NCBI GenBank assembly: GCA_947594705.1
Contig: CANQEG010000002.1
Span: 1 to 33,735, forward strand
Source of the DNA: an uncultured Bacilli bacterium
GTDB lineage: Bacteria > Bacillota_I > Bacilli_A > RF39 > UBA660
Length of the DNA stretch: 33,735 bases
Direction of reading: 5' to 3'
This document shows, piece by piece, positions 1 to 7,788 of this stretch. The number at the start of each line of letters is the position of its first letter. Position 1 is the stretch's first letter. The position numbers and the translations under genes were made by a program. The notes beneath the pieces are model-generated. The model saw only the letters and a program-made list of their open reading frames with translations. It made no database searches and was not told the DNA's origin.

Positions 1-1
1 T

Positions 2-77
2 GGCCCGTTGGTGAAGCGGTTAACACATATGCCTTTCACGCATACATTCATGGGTTCAAATCCCGTACGGGTCACCA
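2..77 (+). tRNA. tRNA-Glu (anticodon UUC)
   Basis: Cloverleaf read by hand: acceptor GGCCCGT/ACGGGTC (one G-U), anticodon stem TATGC/GCATA with loop CTTTCAC, T-loop TTCAAAT, discriminator A and encoded CCA. Closely resembles Bacillus-type tRNA-Glu. Confidence 0.9.
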
Positions 78-82
78 AATAT

Positions 83-159
<77 letters not shown>

Positions 160-171
160 TATTGAAATTTA

Positions 172-198
172 AACTCGGAATATGAATCCGAGTTTTTG
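172..198 (+). terminator. Rho-independent terminator after the tRNA pair
   Basis: Stem ACTCGGA / TCCGAGT with a 7-nt loop, followed by TTTTTG. Confidence 0.75.
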
Positions 199-344
199 TA
201 TGCTTTGAAAAGAAAATAACTTAGACAAAATTTGACATTTTTATTTTTGATTTTCTTGATTTCAAAATTACCTTTTGTTACGATTAAATTAGTGATAAGA
301 AGAACAAAATTCAATTCTAATAAGGTTTATTAAAATGGTTTTCC

Positions 345-372
345 TTGCAAAAGTTTAAAAAATATGTATAAT
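345..372 (+). promoter_or_regulatory. Candidate sigma-A promoter of the fibre operon
   Basis: TTGCAA (345-350), 16-nt spacer, TATAAT (367-372), about 40 nt upstream of the first start codon. Confidence 0.45.
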
Positions 373-410
373 AACAATCACAACATTTTAAAAGAAAGAG
401 GTTGAGTGAA

Positions 411-3167
411 ATGAAAGAAAAAAATAAAATTTTGAAAGGATTTCAAAAACTCCGTTTCAAAACGACTGCATTTTTTTTGGGAGCCTCTCTTTTATCGACA
501 AGTTTTACCAGTTTATTTCCTACGATGAAAGCTTATGCGATGGAAAAAGATAGCATGGAAGCATCTTTGGAGAAAAAAAGTAAGGTTATTTTGGCAGGTT
601 CATCTGAGCAAAGTCTTCGCTCAGATGTTGAGGCGCCTCAACATATAATAATAAATATTATCACCTTACCGAATTTAGATGGAACTTATACGGAAATTGT
701 AACTAAGCAAAATCCTGATACATTGGAAATAGAAGAAGAGAAAACGGTGAAACCTTGCGAATTTGGTCAATGGGTCTATCAGAAAGAAACCAATCAAGAT
801 ATACGGACTTGTTCTATTACGGGGTATCAAGAGGTAAGAGAACATGTTCATCAAAACGTATTGTTCAATCGTGATGATGTTTATGAATATCAAAAATGTC
901 TTGTTTGTAATGAAATAAGTAAAGTACCACATCATTATATGGTAAATACCTTCTTAGATGGTACGACTATTTTAACGTGTAAACATTGTGGAAATAATTT
1001 TGATTTTTTAAAGGCAGATATGAATCAAGTTTATCAAAATGCTTTATTACAAGGAATTCAAACGGTTCATACACCTTTTACTTATGAAAATAAAGTGTTT
1101 TTAAAAAGTGATGCTTATTTTGAATATTGGAAAGATACTGCTACCAATGAAATTTTTAGTGTTGCCCATCAATTAGAAGTTTCGCAATCAGAAAATACGA
1201 CACTTTCAAAATGTTTAAATCCTTCTTGTGGTTATCAAAAAAGTGCTTCTAATACTCATCAACATACGGGGACTACTTTTGTTTCGAAAAATGAAATGAA
1301 TGATGTTCTTACTTGTGAATTATGTCATGAACCTTATGAAGATAGTCATGATTATGAATTTAGAGTGAATCCTGACCAAAGTGTTCAACTTATTTGTACA
1401 AAATGTAATCATAGTTTAGATGTAGAGCAAGTAAGAAATGGCAATTTAAATTCGAATGAACAAAAATTAGTACCAAGTAAAGGTTCTGGAGGTGGCTCTG
1501 GTCGTGGAGGCGGAGGTTCTTCAGGCGGCGGTGGTGGAAGCGGAAGCTCTCATAAACATACCCATAATTATACTGTTTTGACGCAAGTGGATGATACTTA
1601 TGAATATTGGAGCTGTGAAAAAGATGGGGATGTTACCAAAATTCCACATCAATTTGCTACGCAAGAAACAGATAAAGAAATTATCACTTATTGTAAGAAT
1701 AAAGGTTGTACTTATCGGAAAGTAGATTTCAAAGAAATACATGATTATAACCGTTATTTAGGAAACTCAGGAAATCAAGAAGTTTGGGGATGTGCAACGT
1801 GTGATAAAACAGTTTTCAAAGATCATAATTTAGGACCTAAACAAATTGATAGAGATACTTTTGAAGAATATCAAAAATGTGAAACACCGGGTTGTGATTA
1901 TGAAATTAGAAAAGAACATGAGCATGATTACTCTATATTACTTCATTGTGATGGAGTTACTGAAGAAAGAGAATGTTCTGGTTGTGGAAAAAAGAAGACA
2001 ATCGAACATATACATCAATTGGGTAAAGAAACAATTGATAGAGAAACGCATGAAGTAGTGAAAAAGTGTGAAACAGCAGGCTGCAATTATGAAGAAAGAA
2101 AAGAGCATGAACATAATTTTTCTAAATTTGTAAGTTGTGATGGAACAAATGAAGTTTATGAATGTCCTGATTGTGGAAAAACAAATACTATTTTACATGA
2201 ACATAAATTGGGAGAAACTTATCAAGAAGATGTTACTTATGATTATTTAAGAGATTGTGAAACACCGGGTTGTGAGTATGTCGAAAGAACTCCTCATTCT
2301 ACAAAACATGAATATCATTTAGATAGTTATGATGAATATTCGGAGACAATGAAATGTGTGTGCGGTAATAGTTATACAAGAGGACATACTTGGAATGAAG
2401 GAACAAGGTTAGAAAGTGGCGAATATTATCAAGAATGTGAAACTTGTGATGCAACAAGAAATTATCACGATCATATTGTTGGAGATCGAGAATATGTTCC
2501 TTTAAAAAATGAAGAAGGATGTTATAAATATATTTATAATTGTAAGATTTGTGGAGAATATGTAACAGAAGATCCACCAGTGCAACATGTGTGGGATGAA
2601 GAAGATGGCATTAAACAGTGTATAAGATGTCGTTATACTGTGTATACCAATCAGGCTTCAGAAATCAATAATATAGAATTAATGCAAGATATTCCGTTAG
2701 AAGATGAAGTTATCATTGATGAAGATGATTTTGAAATTGAAGAATTAGAAGAAGATGTAACAGAAACATTTACTGAAAAAGAAGACATCAAAGAACCGGA
2801 AGAAAAAGAAATAGAAGAAAAGATGGAAGAACCTGAAGATAGTAGCAATGATTTTATAGAAGTAGAAGAAGATGAAATAATTCCTGAAGATGACGATTTT
2901 GAAATTGAAGATTGGAATCAAGATACTGAATCTTTGGAAGAGGAAGATGATTTTCTAATAGAAGATTTCGAAGAAGAATTTGAAGCAGAAGTATCAGAAG
3001 AGGATAATGAAGATGAAATTATTTTTGAAGAATGGGATTTAGAAGAAGAACAACAAGAAAATGCCAAAGAAGAGTTAAAAGAAATTCTTGAAATGGTTTT
3101 ATTTGAAAAAGAAACTCGTAAACAAACATCAACTCTTGTATTAGAAAAAGAAAGAAAAGGGATGTAA
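411..3167 (+). CDS. Secreted Cys/His-rich modular protein with a Gly/Ser linker and a polyacidic C-terminal tail (unknown family)
   Basis: - Start: ATG 411 lies 9 nt after AGAGG; the TTG at 402 in the ORF track abuts the SD.
- Signal peptide: K-rich n-region, hydrophobic core, AYA|ME cleavage-type site.
- Cys content: about 38 Cys by my count, mostly in CX2C/CX4C pairs, each followed by an HxH-aromatic motif (HEHDY, HIHQL, HEHNF, HEHKL and others).
- Linker: GSGGGSGRGGGGSSGGGGGSGSS at nt 1481-1550.
- Tail: the last ~170 aa are dominated by D/E, with repeated DDF(E/L)IE-like motifs.
- No LPXTG or C-terminal TM seen. Confidence 0.8.
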   Translation: MKEKNKILKGFQKLRFKTTAFFLGASLLSTSFTSLFPTMKAYAMEKDSMEASLEKKSKVILAGSSEQSLRSDVEAPQHIIINIITLPNLDGTYTEIVTKQNPDTLEIEEEKTVKPCEFGQWVYQKETNQDIRTCSITGYQEVREHVHQNVLFNRDDVYEYQKCLVCNEISKVPHHYMVNTFLDGTTILTCKHCGNNFDFLKADMNQVYQNALLQGIQTVHTPFTYENKVFLKSDAYFEYWKDTATNEIFSVAHQLEVSQSENTTLSKCLNPSCGYQKSASNTHQHTGTTFVSKNEMNDVLTCELCHEPYEDSHDYEFRVNPDQSVQLICTKCNHSLDVEQVRNGNLNSNEQKLVPSKGSGGGSGRGGGGSSGGGGGSGSSHKHTHNYTVLTQVDDTYEYWSCEKDGDVTKIPHQFATQETDKEIITYCKNKGCTYRKVDFKEIHDYNRYLGNSGNQEVWGCATCDKTVFKDHNLGPKQIDRDTFEEYQKCETPGCDYEIRKEHEHDYSILLHCDGVTEERECSGCGKKKTIEHIHQLGKETIDRETHEVVKKCETAGCNYEERKEHEHNFSKFVSCDGTNEVYECPDCGKTNTILHEHKLGETYQEDVTYDYLRDCETPGCEYVERTPHSTKHEYHLDSYDEYSETMKCVCGNSYTRGHTWNEGTRLESGEYYQECETCDATRNYHDHIVGDREYVPLKNEEGCYKYIYNCKICGEYVTEDPPVQHVWDEEDGIKQCIRCRYTVYTNQASEINNIELMQDIPLEDEVIIDEDDFEIEELEEDVTETFTEKEDIKEPEEKEIEEKMEEPEDSSNDFIEVEEDEIIPEDDDFEIEDWNQDTESLEEEDDFLIEDFEEEFEAEVSEEDNEDEIIFEEWDLEEEQQENAKEELKEILEMVLFEKETRKQTSTLVLEKERKGM
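1848..2225 (+). repeat. Two tandem 189-nt (63-aa) coding repeats inside the Cys/His-rich gene, with a degenerate third copy following
   Basis: IDRDTFEEYQKCETPGCDYEIRKEHEHDYS...CSGCGKKKTIEHIHQLG aligns with IDRETHEVVKKCETAGCNYEERKEHEHNFS...CPDCGKTNTILHEHKLG. The exact 20-mer TGTGAAACACCGGGTTGTGA occurs at 1878-1897 and again at 2256-2275. Confidence 0.85.
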
Positions 3168-3169
3168 TT

Positions 3170-3916
3170 ATGAAAGAAAATAAAAAATGGTATCAATCTA
3201 TTAGTAATATAGTTTTACTAATTGCTTGTATTATTTTAGTACCGATTTTACTTATTAATATTTGGATTATTGCTCAGTCTAAAATAAATCCTGATGAAAT
3301 ACCAAGTGTATTTGGATTTAAACCATTTATTGTGCTTACTGGTTCTATGGAAACAGAAATTTATAAAGGCGATTTGGTTATTTCTAAAGTAGTAGATCCT
3401 TCGACATTAAAAGTAGATGATATTATTGCTTTTAGAGATGCTGAAAATACAGTTACAACTCATAGAATTATTGATATTGTAGAAGATGATGGGGTCAATT
3501 ATTTTATTACGAAAGGTGATAACAATAATACTCAAGATCAAAATTTAGTAGAATATCAAGATGTGGAAGGCCTTTATGTTATGAGAATTCCGGGTTTTGG
3601 AAGTATGATGAATAGTTTAGCTGAACCTATGACTGTTTTAGTAATTTTCCTTGTGATTTCTCTTGCATTTATTATTGGATTTACTATTTCTAGTAGAAGA
3701 CAAAGAGAACAAGAACGAAAAGAGTTTCTAGAATATAAGAAAATGAAAGAGGAAGAAGAAAAGAAAAAAGAAGAAGAAAGTAAGACCAAGAAAACGAAGT
3801 CTATAAAAGCTGAAAAAACAAGTGCTAAAAAAAGTACAACAAAGAAAGTAACAACTACGAAAAAGAAAGAAGCACCGAAGAAAAGTACAACAACTAAGAA
3901 AACAACAAAAAAATAA
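3170..3916 (+). CDS. sipW: SipW-type (archaeal/ER-type, S26B) signal peptidase I with a long Lys-rich C-terminal tail
   Basis: N-terminal TM, VFGFKPFIVLTGSME (Ser box), THRII (His box), TKGDNNNTQD, a second TM, then a ~75-aa K/E/T-rich tail ending KKSTTTKKTTKK. Starts 2 nt after the upstream stop. Confidence 0.85.
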   Translation: MKENKKWYQSISNIVLLIACIILVPILLINIWIIAQSKINPDEIPSVFGFKPFIVLTGSMETEIYKGDLVISKVVDPSTLKVDDIIAFRDAENTVTTHRIIDIVEDDGVNYFITKGDNNNTQDQNLVEYQDVEGLYVMRIPGFGSMMNSLAEPMTVLVIFLVISLAFIIGFTISSRRQREQERKEFLEYKKMKEEEEKKKEEESKTKKTKSIKAEKTSAKKSTTKKVTTTKKKEAPKKSTTTKKTTKK

Positions 3917-3955
3917 TGGTAAAACCACGTAAGTGTTTTACATAGATAGGAAAAC

Positions 3956-3986
3956 GCATAAATTCCTATGCATAAAAATTTATGCA
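3956..3986 (+). promoter_or_regulatory. Operator-like palindrome upstream of the putative major subunit gene
   Basis: TGCATAAA-AA-TTTATGCA (3969-3986) is an 8-bp-arm palindrome. A third half-site GCATAAATT lies at 3956-3964. The site is 30 nt upstream of ATG 4016. Confidence 0.35.
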
Positions 3987-4015
3987 AAAATAAAAATTAG
4001 AAGGAGGTGAAAACA

Positions 4016-4942
4016 ATGAACAAAAAAATGATAACAGTAATTGCTTTATTGTTAGCTGTAGTTATTACAGGTTATTCTGTAAGTGGTACTTATGCCAAAT
4101 ATGCTACCCAATTAAGTGCTACTAGTGACCAAGCAAGAGTTGCACGTTGGGACTTTAAAATAGGAGATACAGAAGAACCTACTGGAACTACTGTAAATTT
4201 AAATTTATTTAAAAGTTCTTATGAATGCACAACTTCTACAGGTCAAAACTGTGTTCAAGCATTAACAAGTTCAAAAGGTACAGAAAAAGGTACACCTGAT
4301 TCTACTGCTAAAATTATTGCACCTGGAACAAGTGGTAAAGCTGAAATTCACTTATCTGTAGATGCAGAAACAGCTTTCACTTTGGCATTTAGTATGGGTA
4401 GTGGAAATGGAAATAAAGTAACTTTAGACTCAACAGAAGTTGATTCAGCATTAAATGGTTTAAGTAATAAAAGTGATGTTATTGAAGCACTTCAAAATAA
4501 GTTAATTCTTGATGGCGAAAAAAATTACAGTCCAGTCAGATTTAAAGTTTCTGCTGGTTCATCAAGTGGAAGTTCTGAGAAAATAGAAAATTTTGAATAT
4601 TCTAAGTTTGCTGAACAATTAAATGCTTTAATTACTCAACTATCAAATAATCAAGCATTTAAGGAAAGTTATTTTATAGTAAAAGGTGAAAGTGTTGTTA
4701 CATCTGGAAGTAAACCTGTATTTAAACCAGTTTCTAAAAAAGAATTTGCCGTTCCTATTACAGTTGAATGGAGTTGGGCTTATGAATATACAGGAAGCGA
4801 ATATTCTAATAAGAATATTGATGCTGATACTATAAAAAAAGCTGTCAATTTACTAGACACTGCATTAGCTCAAAAAGCTGAGAAAACAATTGATTTCAAT
4901 GTTGTAGTTGATGCTGAACAATATAGTGAAACAGCTGCTTAA
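4016..4942 (+). CDS. TasA/BsaA-like SipW-dependent secreted protein, putative major fibre subunit
   Basis: Strong SD AAGGAGG 8 nt before ATG 4016; the track start at 4007 is a GTG inside the SD spacer. The signal peptide ends VSGTYA|KYATQ, resembling the GGTxA|xF SipW-cognate class seen in TasA and camelysin. Ser/Thr/Gly-rich, with no other TM. Flanked by a peptidase gene and followed by a terminator-like hairpin. Confidence 0.6.
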   Translation: MNKKMITVIALLLAVVITGYSVSGTYAKYATQLSATSDQARVARWDFKIGDTEEPTGTTVNLNLFKSSYECTTSTGQNCVQALTSSKGTEKGTPDSTAKIIAPGTSGKAEIHLSVDAETAFTLAFSMGSGNGNKVTLDSTEVDSALNGLSNKSDVIEALQNKLILDGEKNYSPVRFKVSAGSSSGSSEKIENFEYSKFAEQLNALITQLSNNQAFKESYFIVKGESVVTSGSKPVFKPVSKKEFAVPITVEWSWAYEYTGSEYSNKNIDADTIKKAVNLLDTALAQKAEKTIDFNVVVDAEQYSETAA

Positions 4943-4977
4943 AAATTGTGAAGTTATTAATTTAACTTCCAAATAAG

Positions 4978-5002
4978 TCTATGAACTCTCATAGATTTAT
5001 TT
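4978..5002 (+). terminator. Intra-operon (probably partial) terminator after the putative major subunit gene
   Basis: TCTATGA-actc-TCATAGA followed by TTTATTTG. An alternative pairing is AACTCTC/GAGAGTT. Confidence 0.45.
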
Positions 5003-5028
5003 GAGAGTTAGAAAGGAGTGAAAGAATT

Positions 5029-7788
5029 ATGGAAAAAAATGTGAAAAATGAAGAACAAGAAGAAAAAGAACATAAATTAGAAAAAACATTGATTCGAATT
5101 ATTATTTTAATTATCATAATTCTTTTACTTATTGTGGGTTGTAGTTGTACTTCTAAATTGATTGGAAAGATAGGAAGTTTTTTTGCTAATGAAGGAGAAT
5201 TTCCTATAGATGGAAGTAGTGATGAAGAAGTTATTTTAAATCAAAATTTAAGATTTTATTTAGATAATTATGAAATGTATTTTAGTGATAGTAATGGAAA
5301 ACTTGCTTATTATTATGAAAATATAATTCCAAATGGATTTACTTGTTCTACGAGTGATGCCAATATTGCTACTTGTTATGTAAAAGATAATTATGTTGTT
5401 ATTTTACCGAAAAGTGTTGGAGAGTTTGATGTTTTTTTAGAAACAAAAACGAATGGTTATATTTACCGAGCGAAATCTCATGTTGTTATTCATGATAGTA
5501 ATCGTTATATTACTTTGTCTAGTAAAGGTGGAACAATTGATTTAAAAAAAGGAAAAGAAAAAGTTATTTCGGTAACATTGGTTGGTTTAGAAGGAAAAAT
5601 TTCAGTCACTGTAGATGACTCTTCTATCGCGGATGCTTGGTATGAAAATGGAGTTTTAAAAGTTGTTGGAAAAAAGAAGGGGAGTACCAATGTAAATGTA
5701 TCGGTAACATATGAAGGAAAAACTTATACAGCAACTTATCAAGTAAGAGTGACTGAAACACAAGAAAATACATTAAAAAGTTTAACTTTTTCTGGAGGAG
5801 ATTTACATTTTTCCTCTAATCGTTATCATTATGCTATTTCTGTTTCAAGTAAAACTACCCATGTTACTTTTGAAGAAACGTTAAGTGATAAAAATGCTAA
5901 AACAGAATTTTATTGGAATGGAGAAAAAGTAGATTCTTTAAAAGATTTAGAATTAAAAAACGGAAATAATAAATTAGAAATTGTAGTAAAGGGTGATGAT
6001 GGAAGTACAACAACTTATGAAGTAGATGTTTACAAAGAAACTTCTCATAATACACTTGATAGTTTAAAACCAAGTACAGGAGTGTTATCGCCTAATTTTC
6101 AAGAAAATATTTTATGGTATACGTTAGATGTCGATTATAAAACAAATCATTTAGATGTGTTCTCTTCTTTTCATGATGTTTCTAATGTAAAATATTTTGT
6201 AAATGGAAAAGAAGTAGATTCTTTAAAGGATGTTGTTCTTTCTTATGGTGATACAGATATTTATATTCAAGTAACTGGTGATGATGGAAGTATAAGAGAA
6301 TATCATATTACTGTGCATCGTAAAAAAAGAGAAGTTCTATTTGATTCTAATCATTATGATGTGTTTATAGATTCTAATGAAAAAGCAGTTCCATTTCAAA
6401 TTGTTGAAGATGAACAATTATTAAATTCCAAAGATTATGATTTAAAAAAAGAAGATATTACGATAGATGGTTATGTTGGTGATTATACGGTAAAAAATGG
6501 AGTAGTATATTTTTCTCCAGATATTTCTATGAGTGGAAAAACAGTGAAAATGAAAGTAAAATATGGTGATGAAGAAATTGAAGTTGAAGTGACTTTTAAA
6601 AATCGAGATTATTATTTTGCATCACAAAGTTCTTCTTATTATTTAGAATTATTAGAAGAGGAAGATGAAAAAACAGCTAGTTTTGTTTTTCCAAATAATT
6701 TATTTACGGGAAAAGTGAAATCTAAAAAATTGGATGATGGTACAATTCGAATTTATGATGAAGACCATCCTGATATTTATGTCGATATCATTCCTAAAAA
6801 TGAAAATGCCAAATCTTTAAAAGATGGAGATATTCATGTTCATTTAGAAGATACTTCTTCTTTAGTAGTTGATGTAGATGTTGAAAATGCAGGAGATTAT
6901 GATTTCCATGTAAAAGCAAGTGTTTTTGAAGAAAATATAGGAGAAACTGATGTTTCGTTACATGTTGTAAAAACATATCATTTTACTATTTTAGCTAATG
7001 GTGGTTTCTTTGATGAATTTACAAATGAAGGGTATATTACTAAGTATGAATTTTCTGTGAAAAGCAATGAAACATTTGATTTAAGTCAAATAAAAGCATA
7101 TAAAACTGCGGATGAAACAAACTGTTTATACTATGTTCTAAAAGGTTATAGTATTAGTAGTAATGGAGATATTTTATATTCTCCTTCTGATAAGATTACA
7201 CTCACTCAAAATACTACTTTGTATGCAATATATAAAGAGGAAGAACAAGAAAAAGTAGAATTGCAGGAAAAGAAAAAATTATATTTGACTGATGTAGATT
7301 TATTTGTGAATAAAGATTTTGATGAGCAAAAAGTAATTTATCCGGGAGCAACGGGTTATTATATTATGGATTTTCCAAATGAAAGTAAAGAAGAAATTAC
7401 CATCACGGGAATTACTTTAGAAGAAGATACAATTTGTTATGATGAAGGTTGTTTAAATATGGGTTATTTCTTTAAAAATCAAGAGGATTATCATTATTTT
7501 GGTTCAGTAGGAACGTATGATGTTTTAAATACACATCCTAATACGTTAAAAACTTCTAGTCATACAAAAAATGAAATAGAGTTTCCAAAAGAACAATATG
7601 TAAAAGTTGCAGCTGGAGAAACAGCGAGATTTTTCTTAGGGTGGCAATGGGTAGATGATGGTCTTCATGATGTGTTAGATACTAAGATTGGAAATAATAC
7701 ATTGGTGAAAGATACATATGAACTTACAGTAAGTATTGATTTTTATACCCAGAAAACCAATTGTAGTTTGGACAGTGATAGCCCATGA
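5029..7788 (+). CDS. Large membrane-anchored multi-domain surface protein (Big_2-like, 2x cadherin-like beta-sandwich, Listeria-Bacteroides repeat, C-terminal subunit-like domain)
   Basis: - N-terminus: TM LIRIIILIIIILLLIVGCSC, with a possible lipobox IVGC.
- Ig-like segment: ...VVGKKKGSTNVNVSVTYEGKTYTATYQVRV.
- Two ~95-aa repeats, L(K/D)SL...G.L...Y...V...G....Y.(V/I).V, at nt ~5771-6325.
- Listeria-Bacteroides-type repeat: YHFTILANGG...LYAIYKEE.
- C-terminal ~190 aa share the blocks K(I/V)IxPG(A/T)(S/T)G, (E/G)WxW, LDT and (S/T)IDF with the 4016-4942 product. Confidence 0.75.
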   Translation: MEKNVKNEEQEEKEHKLEKTLIRIIILIIIILLLIVGCSCTSKLIGKIGSFFANEGEFPIDGSSDEEVILNQNLRFYLDNYEMYFSDSNGKLAYYYENIIPNGFTCSTSDANIATCYVKDNYVVILPKSVGEFDVFLETKTNGYIYRAKSHVVIHDSNRYITLSSKGGTIDLKKGKEKVISVTLVGLEGKISVTVDDSSIADAWYENGVLKVVGKKKGSTNVNVSVTYEGKTYTATYQVRVTETQENTLKSLTFSGGDLHFSSNRYHYAISVSSKTTHVTFEETLSDKNAKTEFYWNGEKVDSLKDLELKNGNNKLEIVVKGDDGSTTTYEVDVYKETSHNTLDSLKPSTGVLSPNFQENILWYTLDVDYKTNHLDVFSSFHDVSNVKYFVNGKEVDSLKDVVLSYGDTDIYIQVTGDDGSIREYHITVHRKKREVLFDSNHYDVFIDSNEKAVPFQIVEDEQLLNSKDYDLKKEDITIDGYVGDYTVKNGVVYFSPDISMSGKTVKMKVKYGDEEIEVEVTFKNRDYYFASQSSSYYLELLEEEDEKTASFVFPNNLFTGKVKSKKLDDGTIRIYDEDHPDIYVDIIPKNENAKSLKDGDIHVHLEDTSSLVVDVDVENAGDYDFHVKASVFEENIGETDVSLHVVKTYHFTILANGGFFDEFTNEGYITKYEFSVKSNETFDLSQIKAYKTADETNCLYYVLKGYSISSNGDILYSPSDKITLTQNTTLYAIYKEEEQEKVELQEKKKLYLTDVDLFVNKDFDEQKVIYPGATGYYIMDFPNESKEEITITGITLEEDTICYDEGCLNMGYFFKNQEDYHYFGSVGTYDVLNTHPNTLKTSSHTKNEIEFPKEQYVKVAAGETARFFLGWQWVDDGLHDVLDTKIGNNTLVKDTYELTVSIDFYTQKTNCSLDSDSP

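Noticed and set aside
160-400. The fibre operon as a tRNA-integrated genomic island with an att repeat of the tRNA-Ile 3' end.
   Set aside because: I could not find a second copy of the tRNA-Ile 3' segment (GGTTCAAGTCCCCCCAGGCCCACCA) near 10760-11450, and no integrase gene is present. tRNA adjacency alone is not evidence.
1481-1550. Sharp GC-rich island in an AT-rich gene, as a possible foreign insertion.
   Set aside because: It is in frame and simply encodes a Gly/Ser linker using GGN/AGC codons. There are no flanking repeats or frame disruption.
2651-3987. Minus-strand ORFs 2651-2848, 2918-3196, 3574-3987 and 3728-3928 (Ser-, Phe- and Leu-rich translations).
   Set aside because: They are antisense shadows of GAA/GAT/AAA-rich low-complexity coding sequence (the acidic tail and the Lys tail). 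They have no SD, and their translations are homopolymer-like.
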